Assembly: GCA_951406725.2 (NCBI GenBank)
Contig: OX597821.1
Span: forward strand, 3,100,001 to 3,164,000
Direction: 5' to 3'
From: Octopus vulgaris
Taxonomy: Eukaryota
DNA: 64,000 bases
Shown here: piece after piece, positions 1 to 14,114 of the stretch
Position numbering within the stretch: position 1 is the first letter of the stretch
How the letters are laid out: each line of letters starts with the position of its first letter
Translations under genes and position numbers: made by a program
The notes under the pieces: model-generated
Databases searched by the model: none
What the model was told of the DNA's origin: nothing
Seen by the model: only the letters and a program-made list of their open reading frames with translations

Positions 1-544
1 TTATTTTTATTATTATTATTATTATTATTGTCGACATAGCTTCAGGTGTGTTTTTGGAGCGTTGTAAGTTTATGCTTAATTCACTTGTTTTAAAAGGTTC
101 TTGTTGTTTAAATCGTTTTGCAAACCTGCTGCCTTTCTGGGGTGGGGACAGAGGTTTGTTAACCTTTTTGTCTTCAAATGTCTTCGATAATTTGCATCGA
201 AGGGAGTAAACATTGAAGATGGTGACGAAAAGTGGGAGTGAGGAAGGACGGTGTTACGGCAATTTGCAGAAGGAATTCCTCGTCCTTTCTACCATGATTG
301 GCAGTGGACAGCAGGAAGAAGTGAAGGAAGAAGAAAAAAGGAAGAAAAGGAAAAGAAGAAAGAAGAAAGAAGATGAGAAACGGAAGGAAGGTGAGACGAA
401 GGAAGAAGAAAAGTCTTCCTCCCTACATGGAAATTGTAGTAGCACGAAGAACAGCATTGACAACAATTACGAAGAGTCTAACAAAAATGGAGGAAGCAGC
501 GAGAAAGAGACTTTTGCACGTATCTTGGCAGCTAAAGAATTCGT

Positions 545-697
545 TAGTTCGTAAGCAAGCTACTTACCACACAGCCACTCATATCGGCAAAAAATACTGA
601 TAGAATAAGTTCTAGAAAGGAATTGTTCGACCAAAGGCGGTACTCCAGCTTGGCCGCAGTCAAAATGATTAAAACAAGTAAAAGAATAAAAGAATAT
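545..697 (+). mobile_element. SINE 3' fragment
   Basis: gatagaataag..aaggcggtactccagcttggccgcagtc..aaacaagtaaaagaataaaag matches the 3' tail of the SINE copies at 49650-50045 and 31725-32120. Confidence 0.6.
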
Positions 698-994
698 TTA
701 TGAAGCGTAACTGTATGTCAGAGTGCGTGAGCCCCGCACTCTCTCTCACACATTCTCTCTCTGTTTCTCTGAATCTCTCATTGACAACCCGTGGTCGTTC
801 CTTTATATTCCCTTTCGTCAAAGCTAAACAAACTGGTTGAGTATCAGATTTAAAATCAGGGTGAATAAAGCTGAATAAACACTTCAGATGTGTGTACTAG
901 CGTGGACGAAGTTCAGCTCAATGACAGAAGCAATCAAACAAATATTTTAATTAATATATGGATATGAAAAATACAGTTCATGTTCTGCTATATA

Positions 995-1009
995 TTAATA
1001 ATAATAATG

Positions 1010-1063
<54 letters not shown>
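995..1063. repeat. (TAA)n microsatellite, left flank of Dong-like element
   Basis: Direct reading. Confidence 0.95.
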
Positions 1064-1065
<2 letters not shown>

Positions 1066-2436
1066 CAGGATCGAAGCGATCAATGATTTAGCCATGCCAG
1101 TCGTGACTTACAGTTTCAATATCCTTAACTGGTCAATTACTGAAATATGTAATCTTGACAGAAAAATACGAAAACTGTTGACAATGCATAGAATGCACCA
1201 CGCTAAGGCAGATATAGAAAGAATTTATCTGCCAAGAAAAGAGGGAGACCGTGGATTTTTACAACTGGCAATAACAATGAAGATTGCTACAATTGGCCTA
1301 GACACCTACCTGAGAAACTCTGAGGATTGGATGTTAAAACTTGTCTCAAAACATGGAAACAAGAAAGCATCATACTCAGTAACAAAACAGGCAAAGGAAT
1401 ATCTAAGTGAATTCCGAATACAACAAATTTCGGAATTAGACATACAAGAAACAAGCACAGAAAAAGCTAAGTGCATGAAAACCCGTGCTAAAACTGCTGC
1501 CTTAGATATTCTGAATGATAAATGGCAAGAAAAACCTCTCAATGGCAAATACCCAAAGAGACAGAATAATGCAGATGTGGACAAAGCTCTGACCCATCAA
1601 TGGCTAATTGCCTCTGGCTTAAAATCTGCCTACCTACAAGGAATTACCAAGCCAACATATTAAAGAACGGCAGTAGCCCAACATGTGTCTGTCAACAAAA
1701 AGATGAAACCATTGTCATGTTGTCTCCAAGTGCAGTCTTCTAGCGCCTACAGAGTATCTCAACAGGCAGATTAGAGCTGCACAATATATTCACTGGGTAA
1801 TTTGCAAAAACCTGGATTTGTCCCATGAAAAAAAATGGTGGGAACACAAACCACCTCCAATGCTTGAAAATGACCACATCTCACTCCTCTGGAACTTCAC
1901 CATTCAAACTGATAGAAAGATGCGAATAGGCCAGGCATTATAGTAAAATACTTCAGACAAAGAACATGCCTCCTTATTGATATGACTGTCCCAATCGATA
2001 TAAACGTATCTGTCAAGACCTACCAAAAACTGAGCAAATATAAAGATCTGGAAATAGAAATCAGCAAAATATGGAACCTTAACACTAAAACAATACCTGT
2101 TGTCATTGGTGCTCTGGGAATGATAGCAAAAGGGGCTGATTGCTACCTAACTCAGATACCAGGAAACCCAAAAATGGCAGAAATTCAAAAGATAGTACTG
2201 ATGGGAACTGCTCATATCCTACGCAAAATACTTTCTATGTAATCTCAAGTTTTAAGACACACAATTTTCGTATGTTTTTTTTTAGGCATTCACTAGTAGA
2301 GCACTAAATCCAAAACCAAATATATGGCACCCTAGGCATAACACCAAAATGAACTTCCAGCCTGTTGTCTCTCGAGGTCTCTGGGTGAGACTTGGAGCAA
2401 GCTTGTGCAAATGTAAAGCTAAAGTCAAACATAGAA
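1064..2436 (+). mobile_element. 5'-truncated R4/Dong-like non-LTR retrotransposon (C-terminal RT/thumb, decayed CCHC, restriction-like endonuclease, 3'UTR), pseudogenised
   Basis: ORF 980-1663 has NRIEAINDLAMPVVTYSF, LDRKIRKLL, ERIYLPRKEGDRG and KWQEKPLNGKY. Downstream are ANRPGII..LIDMTVP, KLSKYKDLEIEI..W, IPVVIGALG and GTAHILRKIL. These are typical of R4/Dong RLE elements. Frameshifts at ~1630-1980. Flanked on both sides by (TAA)n. Confidence 0.85.
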
Positions 2437-2476
2437 TGATAATAATAATAATGATAATGATGATGATGACATTAAC

Positions 2477-2538
<62 letters not shown>

Positions 2539-2550
2539 TAATAATAATAA
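2437..2550. repeat. (TAA/TGA)n microsatellite, right flank of Dong-like element
   Basis: Direct reading. Confidence 0.95.
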
Positions 2551-3329
2551 AATGTAGCAACAAAAGAATGAGACCTAAATATTAGAGAAATAGACGATAA
2601 TTTTTATATATTATGAATATATGTTATGAATAAACAGTAAAATGGTGTCCTTATATTACTCCGAGTATTATAATTACAGCCTTTTACTGTTTGTTCTAAT
2701 TTATACCACACGCACACATTTATATTTGTGTGTGTGTGTGTGTTGTAGTGCTCAATCGATCACGAATATTTTTATTTTACATTTGGCTCAGTGTGTGCTT
2801 AAACACATAAGGCAGAAGAACAAGGAGGATAGGATATTATTTAATTGAAGTAAATTTATATTATATTCCGTCAGCAGCTGAAGCTTCTTGGATCCTGTTT
2901 TAAAAATATCTTTATTAAAGTCTGAATAGCATTTGAAATGTTTTGCTTTGTCACGCTTTGTTTTTAGTTCTTGCATAGGTGCAGTTTTACGTGCTAATTT
3001 CGAATATTTTATCCTATGCCTGAAGAAATTTATTTAAAAATATTTACGGACGTTTGAAAACTGAATTTTCGTTCATTTATACTGTCTAATCCACCCATTC
3101 CCCTACCACAAAATCTCTTTTACCTTTGTTTTTGGACACATAATTGTATTATCATTAATATCGTTTCGAGAATATTTTTAAGAAAGACATCACTAAATTT
3201 TTAACACAGAAAGCATATTTATCCAAAATAAGGCAAAAACCACGATACAACAAAGCAGTAGTTCAGAATTTTCGGCCGAAAATCGTAACCTGACATCTGT
3301 TATATATAGGAAAATGTTTTCCACAAATC

Positions 3330-3800
3330 CTTATATTCATAGTGATTCCACACAGATACGCCTCCCGAGTGTCTTCTACAAGTGTATAGCATACAGAAGC
3401 AGGTGGTGCTAAATCTTGTCACACACACACCTTTAAAAATCCCACCGCTCTAGTAGCTCTCATAAACGGTTGTATTTTCGTGAGAATTATGACCCCACGT
3501 CCATCTCCATCACTACTAACGTTCCAGAATCCCCTGCCAGATTAGGGTCCCCTCATATAGTTCCCTGAGGCAGATGTTACATTCAACATAGGGTGTTGTT
3601 TATTACTATCTTTACCTCACAAATATCCCCTGACAGTGGTTAGTGACCTTATCCAAGACTAAATAAATATTGATGTAGTCGTTAATCGAAGAATGCCACT
3701 GGCGTTTACATTGATAATTCAGGGTTTTGCCCACAAATCGTCTGCGAAACTTTTAACTGGAAAGAGCTTCCTGCATCCTCTTAGATTTTCAAACTTCTCA
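3330..3800 (-). mobile_element. Highly degraded CR1/L2-like RT fragment
   Basis: Minus strand encodes PQGT (agttccctgagg ~3560) and GVII (aattatgacccc ~3490) in the expected order; no open frame. Confidence 0.35.
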
Positions 3801-4257
3801 AATTCTTGGTTCACAATTTCATTACGATCGATCTTTTTCTACTCGATCTCTCAAGGTGGTTTCAACTAACATACACATCTACACACATAAACACATGCAC
3901 CCACAAAATCACGCATATATACAGTTTTCCCTCCACCATGCACCCACGAGCGCATGCACAGATGCACACACACACATATGTGTGTGCGCGTGTGTACGTA
4001 TGATAGTTAAATGCTTCCATCTACCGAGTACAATATACAAGGTATTGGTTTACATGAGGCTATATAAGGGTACCCTAAACCATGTAGCTTGGTAGACGAT
4101 TTGAACTCACAAGCTTAAGAAGATTTGTTATCTAGAGAGTAGTGATGTACCATTTTATACTAAACTTGGCTGGTAATTTATATCATTAACCAGAAAATTG
4201 GAGTTGAATATGAATGCAAAATGGAAGTCTTTTGTCCGAAATTTCAGCATACCTTTC

Positions 4258-4490
4258 TGATTTCTTTACTGCCCACAAAGGGCTACACACAGAGGGGACA
4301 AACAAGGACAGACAAACGGATTAAGTCGATTGTATCAACCCCAGTGCGTAACTGGTACTTATTTGGTCGACCCTGGAAGGATGAAAGGCAAAGTCAACCT
4401 CGGCGGAATTTGAACTCAGAACATAAAGACAGACGAAATGCCATTAAGTATTACGCTCGGCGTGCTATCGTTTCTGCCGACTCGCAGCCT
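4258..4490 (-). mobile_element. tRNA-type SINE (family A)
   Basis: Reverse complement of 16951-17125; B-box-like gagttcaaattcc, then gccgaggttgactttgcctttcatcc..gtcga..taagtaccag. Confidence 0.8.
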
Positions 4491-6064
4491 TTCTGGTAAA
4501 AAAATAAGACGCTGTTCAACATGCGCAGTTGTGGATCTATTCCCATCTGAAACGTAATGCAAATCGAGCGTCAGTCGACAACTTCATTCAGTTCCTAATC
4601 CTGGGAGGTAGATTCGCTGAATTGCAATACTGTTAGGACGTATAACTTGCTTATATGTTTTCACTGTTCGACCTCTTAATTCAAATCTAGCCACACTGTA
4701 TTTGATGCTGATAAGTTACACAAGTGAACACTATTATCTAATATCTGAGGTGTTTTTACTGGAGTTATGTCTGGTGCAAGCATCAAGGAATGACCCTGAT
4801 ATTAGTATAAATTCTTTCTTCCATCCAAACCACATTATCAGATATTAAAAAAATTCAATGCAAATCCTCCAACGCAGCAAACAATATAATCACTCCAACA
4901 CTAGACATGTAATAGCCCAAATTCTACTAATTATTGTTTATATATATTATAAATTTGGTAGGGCTCCTCATACACACATTTCAAAGTAAGATAACAAAAA
5001 ATCAACATATTTCTCGATCAGCATTTCAGCAACACCTCTACTAAGAAAAATCCATGGTGGAGCGCTGTAATGTTTTCTTACTTCATCTAGACTAAAGTAA
5101 TAGTTGAGTGTATAAACAATGCCAGCTGAATGACTATTCCAGAAAAGTAAAGTTTAGTTTTGTAAATATAGATTAGCAGAGTCGCAAGAAGTACTTAATA
5201 ACATATGGGAAATATAAGGCGCCAACAAATGGATTTTTAAAATTACTACGACTGGCAGAACATTCATGCGATTATAACTTGCCAACCACAATGACAAAAA
5301 ATAAATGATCACTTCTATAATACCCAATCTGCCTGATCTCAATGTGTCTATCTATTAGTAATTCCATCTAAATTGTATAGCCGTCTGCTCCTACTGGTAG
5401 AAGTCTGCGTGTGAGTAAACATACATATACATACATACAAACATGCACGCATACACACACGCACATATATATACATACACATATATGCATATATATATAA
5501 ACATAAATATATACATACATACATACATATATAAGGAAGAAATAACTACCTTGACCAATACATTGATATCCTGTCTAAATTTCCCCTTAGACGCAATACC
5601 AATGTTAGGCCAAACATTAACAAATCAGAGATGTCTGCATGTAAACGTATACAAAACGATCAAACAATAATAATTAAACAAGCAGATAAAGGTGGTGCAA
5701 TTGTTATTATGGATACCGAATACTTTAAGGATTTGGTTGAGGACCAACTGAAGGACACAACCTTCTATTGTGAAATACCCTCAAATATAGACCACCACAT
5801 CATGAAAAAGATCAACAAACTGATTTCACAACACTACAACTCACTTACCGATAATTAAAGAGACTACATCGTCAATTTCGAAGCAAAACCCAGCAACTTC
5901 TACGGCTTACCGAAAATACATAAATCAAAAGATATTCAACAGGCAGTAAAAGAACAAAAAGTGAGTACATAAAATTACTACATACAAAAGATCTAAAACT
6001 TAGACCTATTATAGCTGGTCCAGCATGCCCTATCCACAGTCTAAGCAATTTTATTGATATTGTT

Positions 6065-7540
6065 TTGAAACCACTATGTACTTACATACCCAGTTTCATC
6101 AGGGATGACATCGACTTCCTGTCCCATCTACCCAAAACAACAGAAACAAATTCAGTTTTACTAAGTTTTGATGTGGTAAGCCTCTACACCAATATTCCAC
6201 ACGCTTTAGGAATAAAGGCGATTAAATACTGGTTAGAAAAACATAGAGAAATGATTCCCAGCAGATTCACAGTGCCATTTATATTAGACACAGTCACACT
6301 TATTCTAGAAAACAACACGTTCTTCTTCAATGGAAAGAATGACATCCAAATTAGAGGCACGGCGATGGGAACGAGGTTTGCTCCCGTTTACGCCAACTCT
6401 GTAATGGGATACTTAGAACAACAGCTCTACCAAGAGGTGGAGGTAAACTATGGCACTGGATTTAGAAAATATATTGAAAAGGCATGGAAGAGATACCTAG
6501 ACGACTGCTTCATAATCTGGACAGAATCTCTAAATACTCTGGAAGAGTTCAATATCCTCCTGAACAACCTACACCCATCTCTCCAATTTACAAAGGAGAT
6601 GAGTAGTACCAAATTACCATTCCTAGATATAATGGTAATTAAAAAAGACACCACCATCACCACAGCTATATACTATAAACACACAGACACACATCAATAC
6701 CTGAATTTTAAGTCGTGCCATCCACCACATACAAAACGCAACATCCCATACTGCCTAGCCGTAAGAATTTGTACCATTGTAGAAGATGCAAATATCAGGA
6801 ACAGACGCCTAACAGAACTAAGAGAATTTTTGCTCAAACAAAAATACCCATCTCTACTTATAGAAAATGGCATACAGTGGGCTATAAAAATAACCATACA
6901 ACAACTTAGGACAACCCAAAGAAGAGGAAAACAAGAACAAGTCATACCATTCATAGTGACACACAACCCATGTCACCAGAATATCTTCAACATTGCCAAA
7001 GCAAACCTACCAATCATTGCTCAAAGTAATGAATTAAAAGATATAATCACGGATCGAGCTATGGTTCTTAGTAAAAGACAGCCTAAAAACTTGAAAAAAT
7101 TACTAACAAAGGCAAAATTTGACCTTAGCAACAAAGACCAAACATTCACTGTATCTAAATGCAATGATAGCCGATGTTGCACATGCCAATTCATACATAC
7201 CGGCCAATATATAAACACAAAAACCGGGAAAATATTCACAAACGCGAATATGAACTGCAAAACCAAAAATTTAATTTACTGCATCAAATGCCCAAATTGT
7301 GAAGAAATATATGTAGGTCAGACGGGAAATGCACTATCAGAACGCTCACGTGTACACCGACAACGGATTAGAGACCCAGAGGTCCGTCAGATACCTTTGA
7401 GTAACCACCTAGAAACATGTGGTCGGAAAATATATATAATATTTCCATTTTACAAATTACACAGCCCAAGTGAAATCGAGAGGAAAATCAGAGAAAAGAA
7501 TTTTATTGATAAATTCGAACCCAAGCTAAATAAGCAATAA
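6065..7540 (+). CDS. Penelope-like RT core-thumb-Zn finger-GIY-YIG ORF (491 aa uninterrupted portion of a disrupted ORF)
   Basis: ORF track; YLDD catalytic motif and IY..YVGQT GIY-YIG motif. The Cys-rich linker is consistent with Neptune-type PLEs (inference). Confidence 0.85.
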   Translation: MKPLCTYIPSFIRDDIDFLSHLPKTTETNSVLLSFDVVSLYTNIPHALGIKAIKYWLEKHREMIPSRFTVPFILDTVTLILENNTFFFNGKNDIQIRGTAMGTRFAPVYANSVMGYLEQQLYQEVEVNYGTGFRKYIEKAWKRYLDDCFIIWTESLNTLEEFNILLNNLHPSLQFTKEMSSTKLPFLDIMVIKKDTTITTAIYYKHTDTHQYLNFKSCHPPHTKRNIPYCLAVRICTIVEDANIRNRRLTELREFLLKQKYPSLLIENGIQWAIKITIQQLRTTQRRGKQEQVIPFIVTHNPCHQNIFNIAKANLPIIAQSNELKDIITDRAMVLSKRQPKNLKKLLTKAKFDLSNKDQTFTVSKCNDSRCCTCQFIHTGQYINTKTGKIFTNANMNCKTKNLIYCIKCPNCEEIYVGQTGNALSERSRVHRQRIRDPEVRQIPLSNHLETCGRKIYIIFPFYKLHSPSEIERKIREKNFIDKFEPKLNKQ

Positions 7541-8019
7541 TAATAATACTTAGAGGTACTAATTCTACTGCTACGACCAATGACCACTAACAACAACAAC
7601 AACAACAACAATACTAAAGGTGATCAAGATGAAGATAGCAGGAAAATTATCTTATTTAGGGTTAAAAGTTCTATTGCCACCACCATCACCACTAGCAACA
7701 ATAATTAAGGTGCTGACAATGATGATGATGACAATTGAAATATAAAAATCCCTGACAAAGGCTATTTACAACATTTCTAAAAATAACCCAACAATTGCTG
7801 CCTCGGCCAGGGTTAAGATACAGGACTCTTGACATGTCCAACAAAGCGTGACGCCTAAACCAATCAGCTTAAGTAATTGAGTTATACTACACACTGATTG
7901 GTCAGAATACAGTTTGCAAAACCTAGCAATCTGGAGTGCACACAGCTGTATTTAAGGCACAGATTTAATCATCTCGCCACAGTCAAAAATTGTGAAGCAT
8001 GACTGTCACAACTACTACA

Positions 8020-8066
8020 TGAACCTGAAGATTGGAGAATTTAATGCATGAAAGTACTATATCAAT
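8020..8066 (+). ncRNA. Decayed hammerhead ribozyme motif in PLE 3' region
   Basis: CTGAAGA (8025-31) ... GAAA-GTAC-TA (8050-59) with palindromic stem III; stems I and II poorly paired. Confidence 0.5.
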
Positions 8067-8225
8067 CAGAATGAACATTTAACATTCTATCATTTTATTT
8101 TATTTTATTATATTATCTTATCTTATATTATATCATTATAAGATTGTAAATAAAACGTGAAAATGAGACAAGGTTGTAATCCTTTTTATTAATATATTCT
8201 TCTATACACAATCACACACACACCC

Positions 8226-8306
<81 letters not shown>

Positions 8307-10104
8307 TAAGAGCGATGGTACTATTAAAATATCACCACCAGCCGTACAGGCAAATTAATAAGATATATACATACAATATAAAATATCTTATATTGTATGT
8401 ATATATATATATATAGAGAGAGAGAGAGGGAAAGAGAGTGAGAGAGAAATAGAGAGAAACAGAGATATCTTTATGACAGACCCATTAACATACACGTAAA
8501 TATGCGCACACATAAGCAGACACTTGCACACACAAGACACATGTATGTGTGTTTCAGAATGTATATCTCCTATGTATGGCAGCGTTTGTGTCTCCGCATT
8601 CTGCTTCATGAATTCCATTTTTACCACTTAAACTATAAAAACCTAACGTGCGATTCTCACTTAATATGATACAGAGGCGTCATAATTCCGTATTTCCGAT
8701 TTAATCTGCCAAAAGAATATTTATTCAAGTGTAAATGATGAAATATGACAAACACACAAATAAATAAATGAACACAAATATATAACTAATAAATTCTTTA
8801 GACAAGTATCATGCTGCACTAACCACCCTTAAACGTTAAAATATTCATATGACATTTTGATATTTCAGGAATTATTGTTCGCTTCACAGCCAATAATTCA
8901 TTTTATTTCTGTATTTTGTAACAGATTTTTTCTCACTAAGTAATTACCTTGAGTCTGTGAGTTTCTTCCAGTTGTTATAATTTGTTGTGTAGGGGCGTTG
9001 CCGGTGGCGTTGTTGACGCTGTTGTTCGCTGGTTTAGATGTTGGCTTTTCACAAAAATGAAAGAAAACAAAACAGTTGAAGAGTATTATGTTATTGCATG
9101 ATATCTGATTACGATGACGCTTGTTTTATTAACATTGTGATTATTGTTAAGAATAATTGTTTTCTATTATCACATGCGAATTAATTTGTGCAACAATTAT
9201 GTTATGTATAATATTATGAGATTTTGACTTGATACGAATATGCTTTTACTCTGAGTTTCTCCTTCAAAAAAATACACATGCGAATGAGAGAGAGAATGAC
9301 AGAGATTGTGGGTATACACATGTGTTTGTTTGTCCGTGTATGGCATGCATGTGTGTGTGAGACAAAGAGAGAGAGAGATTGTGCACATACATGTGTGTGA
9401 GTGTGTGATCATACATTTCCTTTGGATGCGCATCTGGCATCCAAAGGAAATTAGGTACGTTTCGAACTGTTAAGTTAATTTTTAGAACCGCCTTAAATAT
9501 CACGGACTGTGTGTCCAGGGATGCAATTAAGCCTGACCTGAGGTCAACAAGCTAACAACAAATGTCCAGTGATTTAGAATATCTACTCGCAGTGGTTGGT
9601 ATTTCTTCATAAATTATTTTAACTGAGGACATGCTATATCAATTAAGCTCAGTATTAGTTGTTGACATTCATATGTTGCTACCGAAAACCCTTTACCAAT
9701 GTGGTAGTAATTATTTGTCCTCCTTTTCTGGTTTTTATATTGTATCGCAACAGCTGCACTTAAAAGCACAAGCGTTTCACCTGCGTATATTTCAATGAAT
9801 AACCGTCAGATTGTGTTAACTCTAATCCAGATTTTGGAGTGACACAATATTTTAAGGGTGAAAGCGTGGGATGAGTGGTATGTGTTGAGAAATATCTGTG
9901 CGCATGCTATAATTTTGTATGCGACTGGAAATGCAATGTTGCCCAGACAAGACAGGTTGAACATGATAATAATTTTGTTGAACTGATAACTGAGTCGATA
10001 GTTTGAAATGATTCAGGGCAGGAAAAGAAATATCGTTCTTTAATTTTTTTATATATATGTTACTACCCACCACGTGGTAATAATAGAAATTCCTCCCTTT
10101 CTGT

Positions 10105-10138
<34 letters not shown>

Positions 10139-10583
10139 CTTACTGAAAAACACCAAAAATATCACAAAAGCTGTAACTTTCACGTTCCGTTCGTTGGACA
10201 GTTTTGTTTGTAACGTGGAACTGTGGGTAATAGTTTTTGTGCTATTTTTGAGACTTTTCAATAAAACATTTAATCTACCTCTTTTATTCGAGTACTATTT
10301 TTCCACCTTGTTTCACATTTATTTGCTTACTCTGGTATGAATACACACACACACATATATATATGTGCGTGTGTGTGTGTGCGTGTGTGTACGTATGTAC
10401 GTATATATATGTATTGTCTATATATTATAGGCGGTACAGGAAACAAAGGAGCCAGAGAAATAAAAAGACACACAGTTAAGCCCATGCTCATTTATACTGT
10501 CACACATGCGTACCATCGTGTATACACACACACACACACATACATCTCCACTTTTGTGCATAAATGTCCATGTGCATGTGAAC

Positions 10584-10618
<35 letters not shown>

Positions 10619-10818
10619 ACTGCATGTTATGTTTACGTGCATTAGTATTTTCATACAAGAAAAATAGTCAGAGCCCTCCATTACTGGAGCCGAAATAGTT
10701 ATGCAGATAAAATTCTTAAGCTTTTGATTATATAATCATCATAATAATATCTATCTATCAATCTGTCTGTCTGCCTGTTTGTCTCTCTCTCTCTCTCACT
10801 CTATCTATCTATCTATCA

Positions 10819-10891
<73 letters not shown>

Positions 10892-12249
10892 CTGTATCTA
10901 TTTGTCTGTATCTAAGTTAAGTTATGTTAAAATATCTGTATTTAAATACGATTTGCTGTTGGCATTACACAATTCTGTCAGGTGGTTTGAATATGGTTTT
11001 AGATTCTGTAGGCATTCGAAGATTTTGGTAGGAGTAGGCAGAATGAGGATTAATATTCTGCAAAGTGCAATGTCAAACACAGGAAACGATCGCAGCCTAG
11101 GCAATTGCTGAGAAGTTCTATGGCTGTCAATATATGCCAACTCATACATCTGAAAGAAAATAAGTGATAACTTGTCTCTGAATAAATTTTGACTACCCCT
11201 ACGTCTTGTTTCTTGAAGAGGAAATAATCTGTTAGAAAACTGATATGAATTCTTCAAGATATGGAAACAAGGATGCATATACATACATACATACATACCT
11301 ATGTATACACACATATATGTATATATATATATGTGTGTATATATTTATCTATGTTTTTGTGTGTATGAAGATTAAAGCAGGAATATTTCACATGCATACA
11401 CACAGACACTTAGTATAACATGAATACATATGTGTAAATATATTATGTATGTTCAATAACAGTATAGATAAAAAATTATGAAGTAAAGTTTAATTCTTTT
11501 TTATTAAATTGTGATTCTATTTTAAAAATCGAGAATATATAATGCATAGTTATGTTCTTGGAACAAAACGAAAATATAAAAGTACGAAAATCGTAAGAAC
11601 CAAGCAAAAGTTAAGAAGACACATTACAAAATCGTTAAAAAACAACAACAACAAAACATTCTTCACAAGAATAAAATATCTTGTGAAACATGACAAAAGA
11701 AGCAGAAATGCTTTGACGATAGAGAAAATAAATGAAAAAATTAGTAAAAGGTCAACGATGGAATATATCATTTAATATATTTTAGCAGTTGATAATAAAT
11801 TGCCAGTTCGTTATTGATTTTTTTTTACAAAAATATGTAAAACTACAATGAAGTTAAAACTTTTATATATTTAACCTACTGTTGTTTTTATTGCTTCCTG
11901 TGCTGCAAATTTTATTTCACGGTATACTGTTTTCTATTTCTTTTTTTTTTCAGTTTCCGTTGCCGACATGATTCAGAGTTCCTACTTTGTAGTTGCGTAG
12001 TTTCAAGAATCAGATTTCCTATATATCGGATTATGGAGTTTTCTTTTCTGTTCAGTTTTGGCTTTAATTATTTAATTTTCGTCTGGCAACATCTATGAGG
12101 AAGTCAAAATGTACACACTCATACACAGACACAGACAGAAAGACACACAACATATATATATATAAGGTGAAGTGCATGTGTATGTGCATGTTGCTATAGG
12201 CACACAGACAGACAATATCACACACTGATATATGTATGTGTCTATGTAA

Positions 12250-12282
<33 letters not shown>

Positions 12283-13916
12283 CTTACATACATGTAAATG
12301 TATATGTGTATTTGCACCTACGCATATATTTTTGTTGTTGTTTTTAGTGGTATGTATGCTTGTCAGTGCTATTGTGTAAAATTGATAATGAAAATCAAAT
12401 TTCTGGGGATAAAAAGATTTATTTCGTGAGAAACAGATCAAAATTCGTTGAAAGAGTCAAAAAAGTATTATCTTCTTTACAGTATTGATGTATTTAAAAT
12501 ATCTCCCTTAAATCAAATTAGCACACTGAAATAGTAGCTTGTTTGTACATATTGAAATATATATAGACACACAAAAACCTAAGTTGTTCGATGCAAGTGT
12601 GTTTGAATAGGCGACATTTTGGAGAAACGAAATGTATGTCATCGCTTTAATACAGTCCTTTGAAGAGATTAACACTCGACCTCAAATATATTTTAGTATG
12701 TATGAGACGTATCAAAATTTATGCTAATTCGATTTAGAAACATTATATTTAATATATTTGATTACCCTAAACTACGTATTAATTAATTTTTGCTCTCACG
12801 AGGAGAAAGGAAGGGAAAATAAATCAGAAATTGTCAGTGACTTCTCGCGAGGGAGAAGATGATTTCAAAATGGTCCTCAAATCCTTAATTTCGAGAAAAT
12901 AGAATGTTACACTTGATAACTATAAGTTTATTTTGTTTATTTTAGTTCACCATTATAGTAAAAATCAAAGAAATCCTGTTGAACAGACGAGATAGGTTTT
13001 ACTTGTTCATGTATAGTAAAGAGTTATAGAGAATTGGAGCGTAATTACTTGTAAAATAAAGTAAGGGGTAGTATTTATCCCCACTTAAATGTGGATGTTC
13101 GGTTAGATCCAACTATACTTGGGAGAACCTTTGATACAGGCTATTGGCGCAAAATAATCATATCGATAGCGGGGAGTGAATTTTATAATTGAGTACCATC
13201 AGCGATATGGTAGAAAATTTAGTTCAATGACTTTGGTATAATTACTATCAGTAGCGTTACTCCTGTTTTCAAACTACTTACGGCATTTCACGATAAAGCG
13301 AATTTTCACAACCATCGGAGCGCAAAACGATACTTTCGAACGCTTGTTCACGAGATGGTTGTGATCTGTAAACAGTTTTGAGTAGGAACCAGAAAAGAAG
13401 TATGAATATGCAATGCGCGTGTGTATCCTGCATTTGTAAAATGGAAGAGGAAAATAAAAACACACTGTCAAACACGTTATATGATTGTCTGCATACCACG
13501 TCTGACACGATTATCTCGCAGTTTTCCTGCCATTTTCTTGTTGGTGTTGTCGTCGTGGTCGTTGCTGTCGCTGTCTTTGTTATTGAGGTCCAATAGCTTT
13601 TGCAGCTAACTTTGGATTATTAGGATGATGGTTTGAAAGGGTCGTAGGTGCAAGTCCTACTTCTGTCGCTGTTCCACCTGTCACACATCAATACTTTCCT
13701 ATATCATATTTTACTAGAAGTTAATTTACTTTATAAATTCCATACAATACATTTCAAAAGATAAAAGATAACTGAAAATCGTTCGCGTTCCAGAAAACTG
13801 GCCGGACTTACAAAACAATGCAACAAAATCTACCTTTACGTATGCAGTTTTTTTAAAGTTATCTTATGAGAACATTTCAGACATATCACCTGAACTGAAA
13901 AAAATCTGTTCCTGTA

Positions 13917-13938
13917 ACAACAACAACAACAACAACTT

Positions 13939-13978
<40 letters not shown>

Positions 13979-14048
13979 AATAACAAATTAAGAAATTAAT
14001 AATAATAATAATAATGACGACGATAACGACGACGACGACGACGATGAC

Positions 14049-14114
<66 letters not shown>
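13917..14114. repeat. Compound trinucleotide microsatellite (CAA/CTA/TAA/GAC/GAT)
   Basis: Direct reading. Confidence 0.95.

Larger units (their letters stand above)
5532..8200 (+). mobile_element. Penelope-like retroelement (RT + GIY-YIG endonuclease), 5'-truncated, with 3' pLTR-like tail
   Basis: IIIKQADKGGAIVIMD, FYGLPKIHK, LRPII, SFDVVSLYTNIP, GTAMGTRFAPVYAN, WKRYLDDCF, LPFLDI, YKHTDTHQYL..SCHP, CNDSRCCTC, NLIYCIKCPNCEEIYVGQT. Stop at 5856 and frameshift ~5960. Bounded by TA/CA microsatellites. Confidence 0.93.

Noticed and set aside
213-554. 113-aa K/E-rich ORF
   Set aside because: Arises from GAA-rich low-complexity sequence; no domain motif, and it starts at a non-ATG codon.
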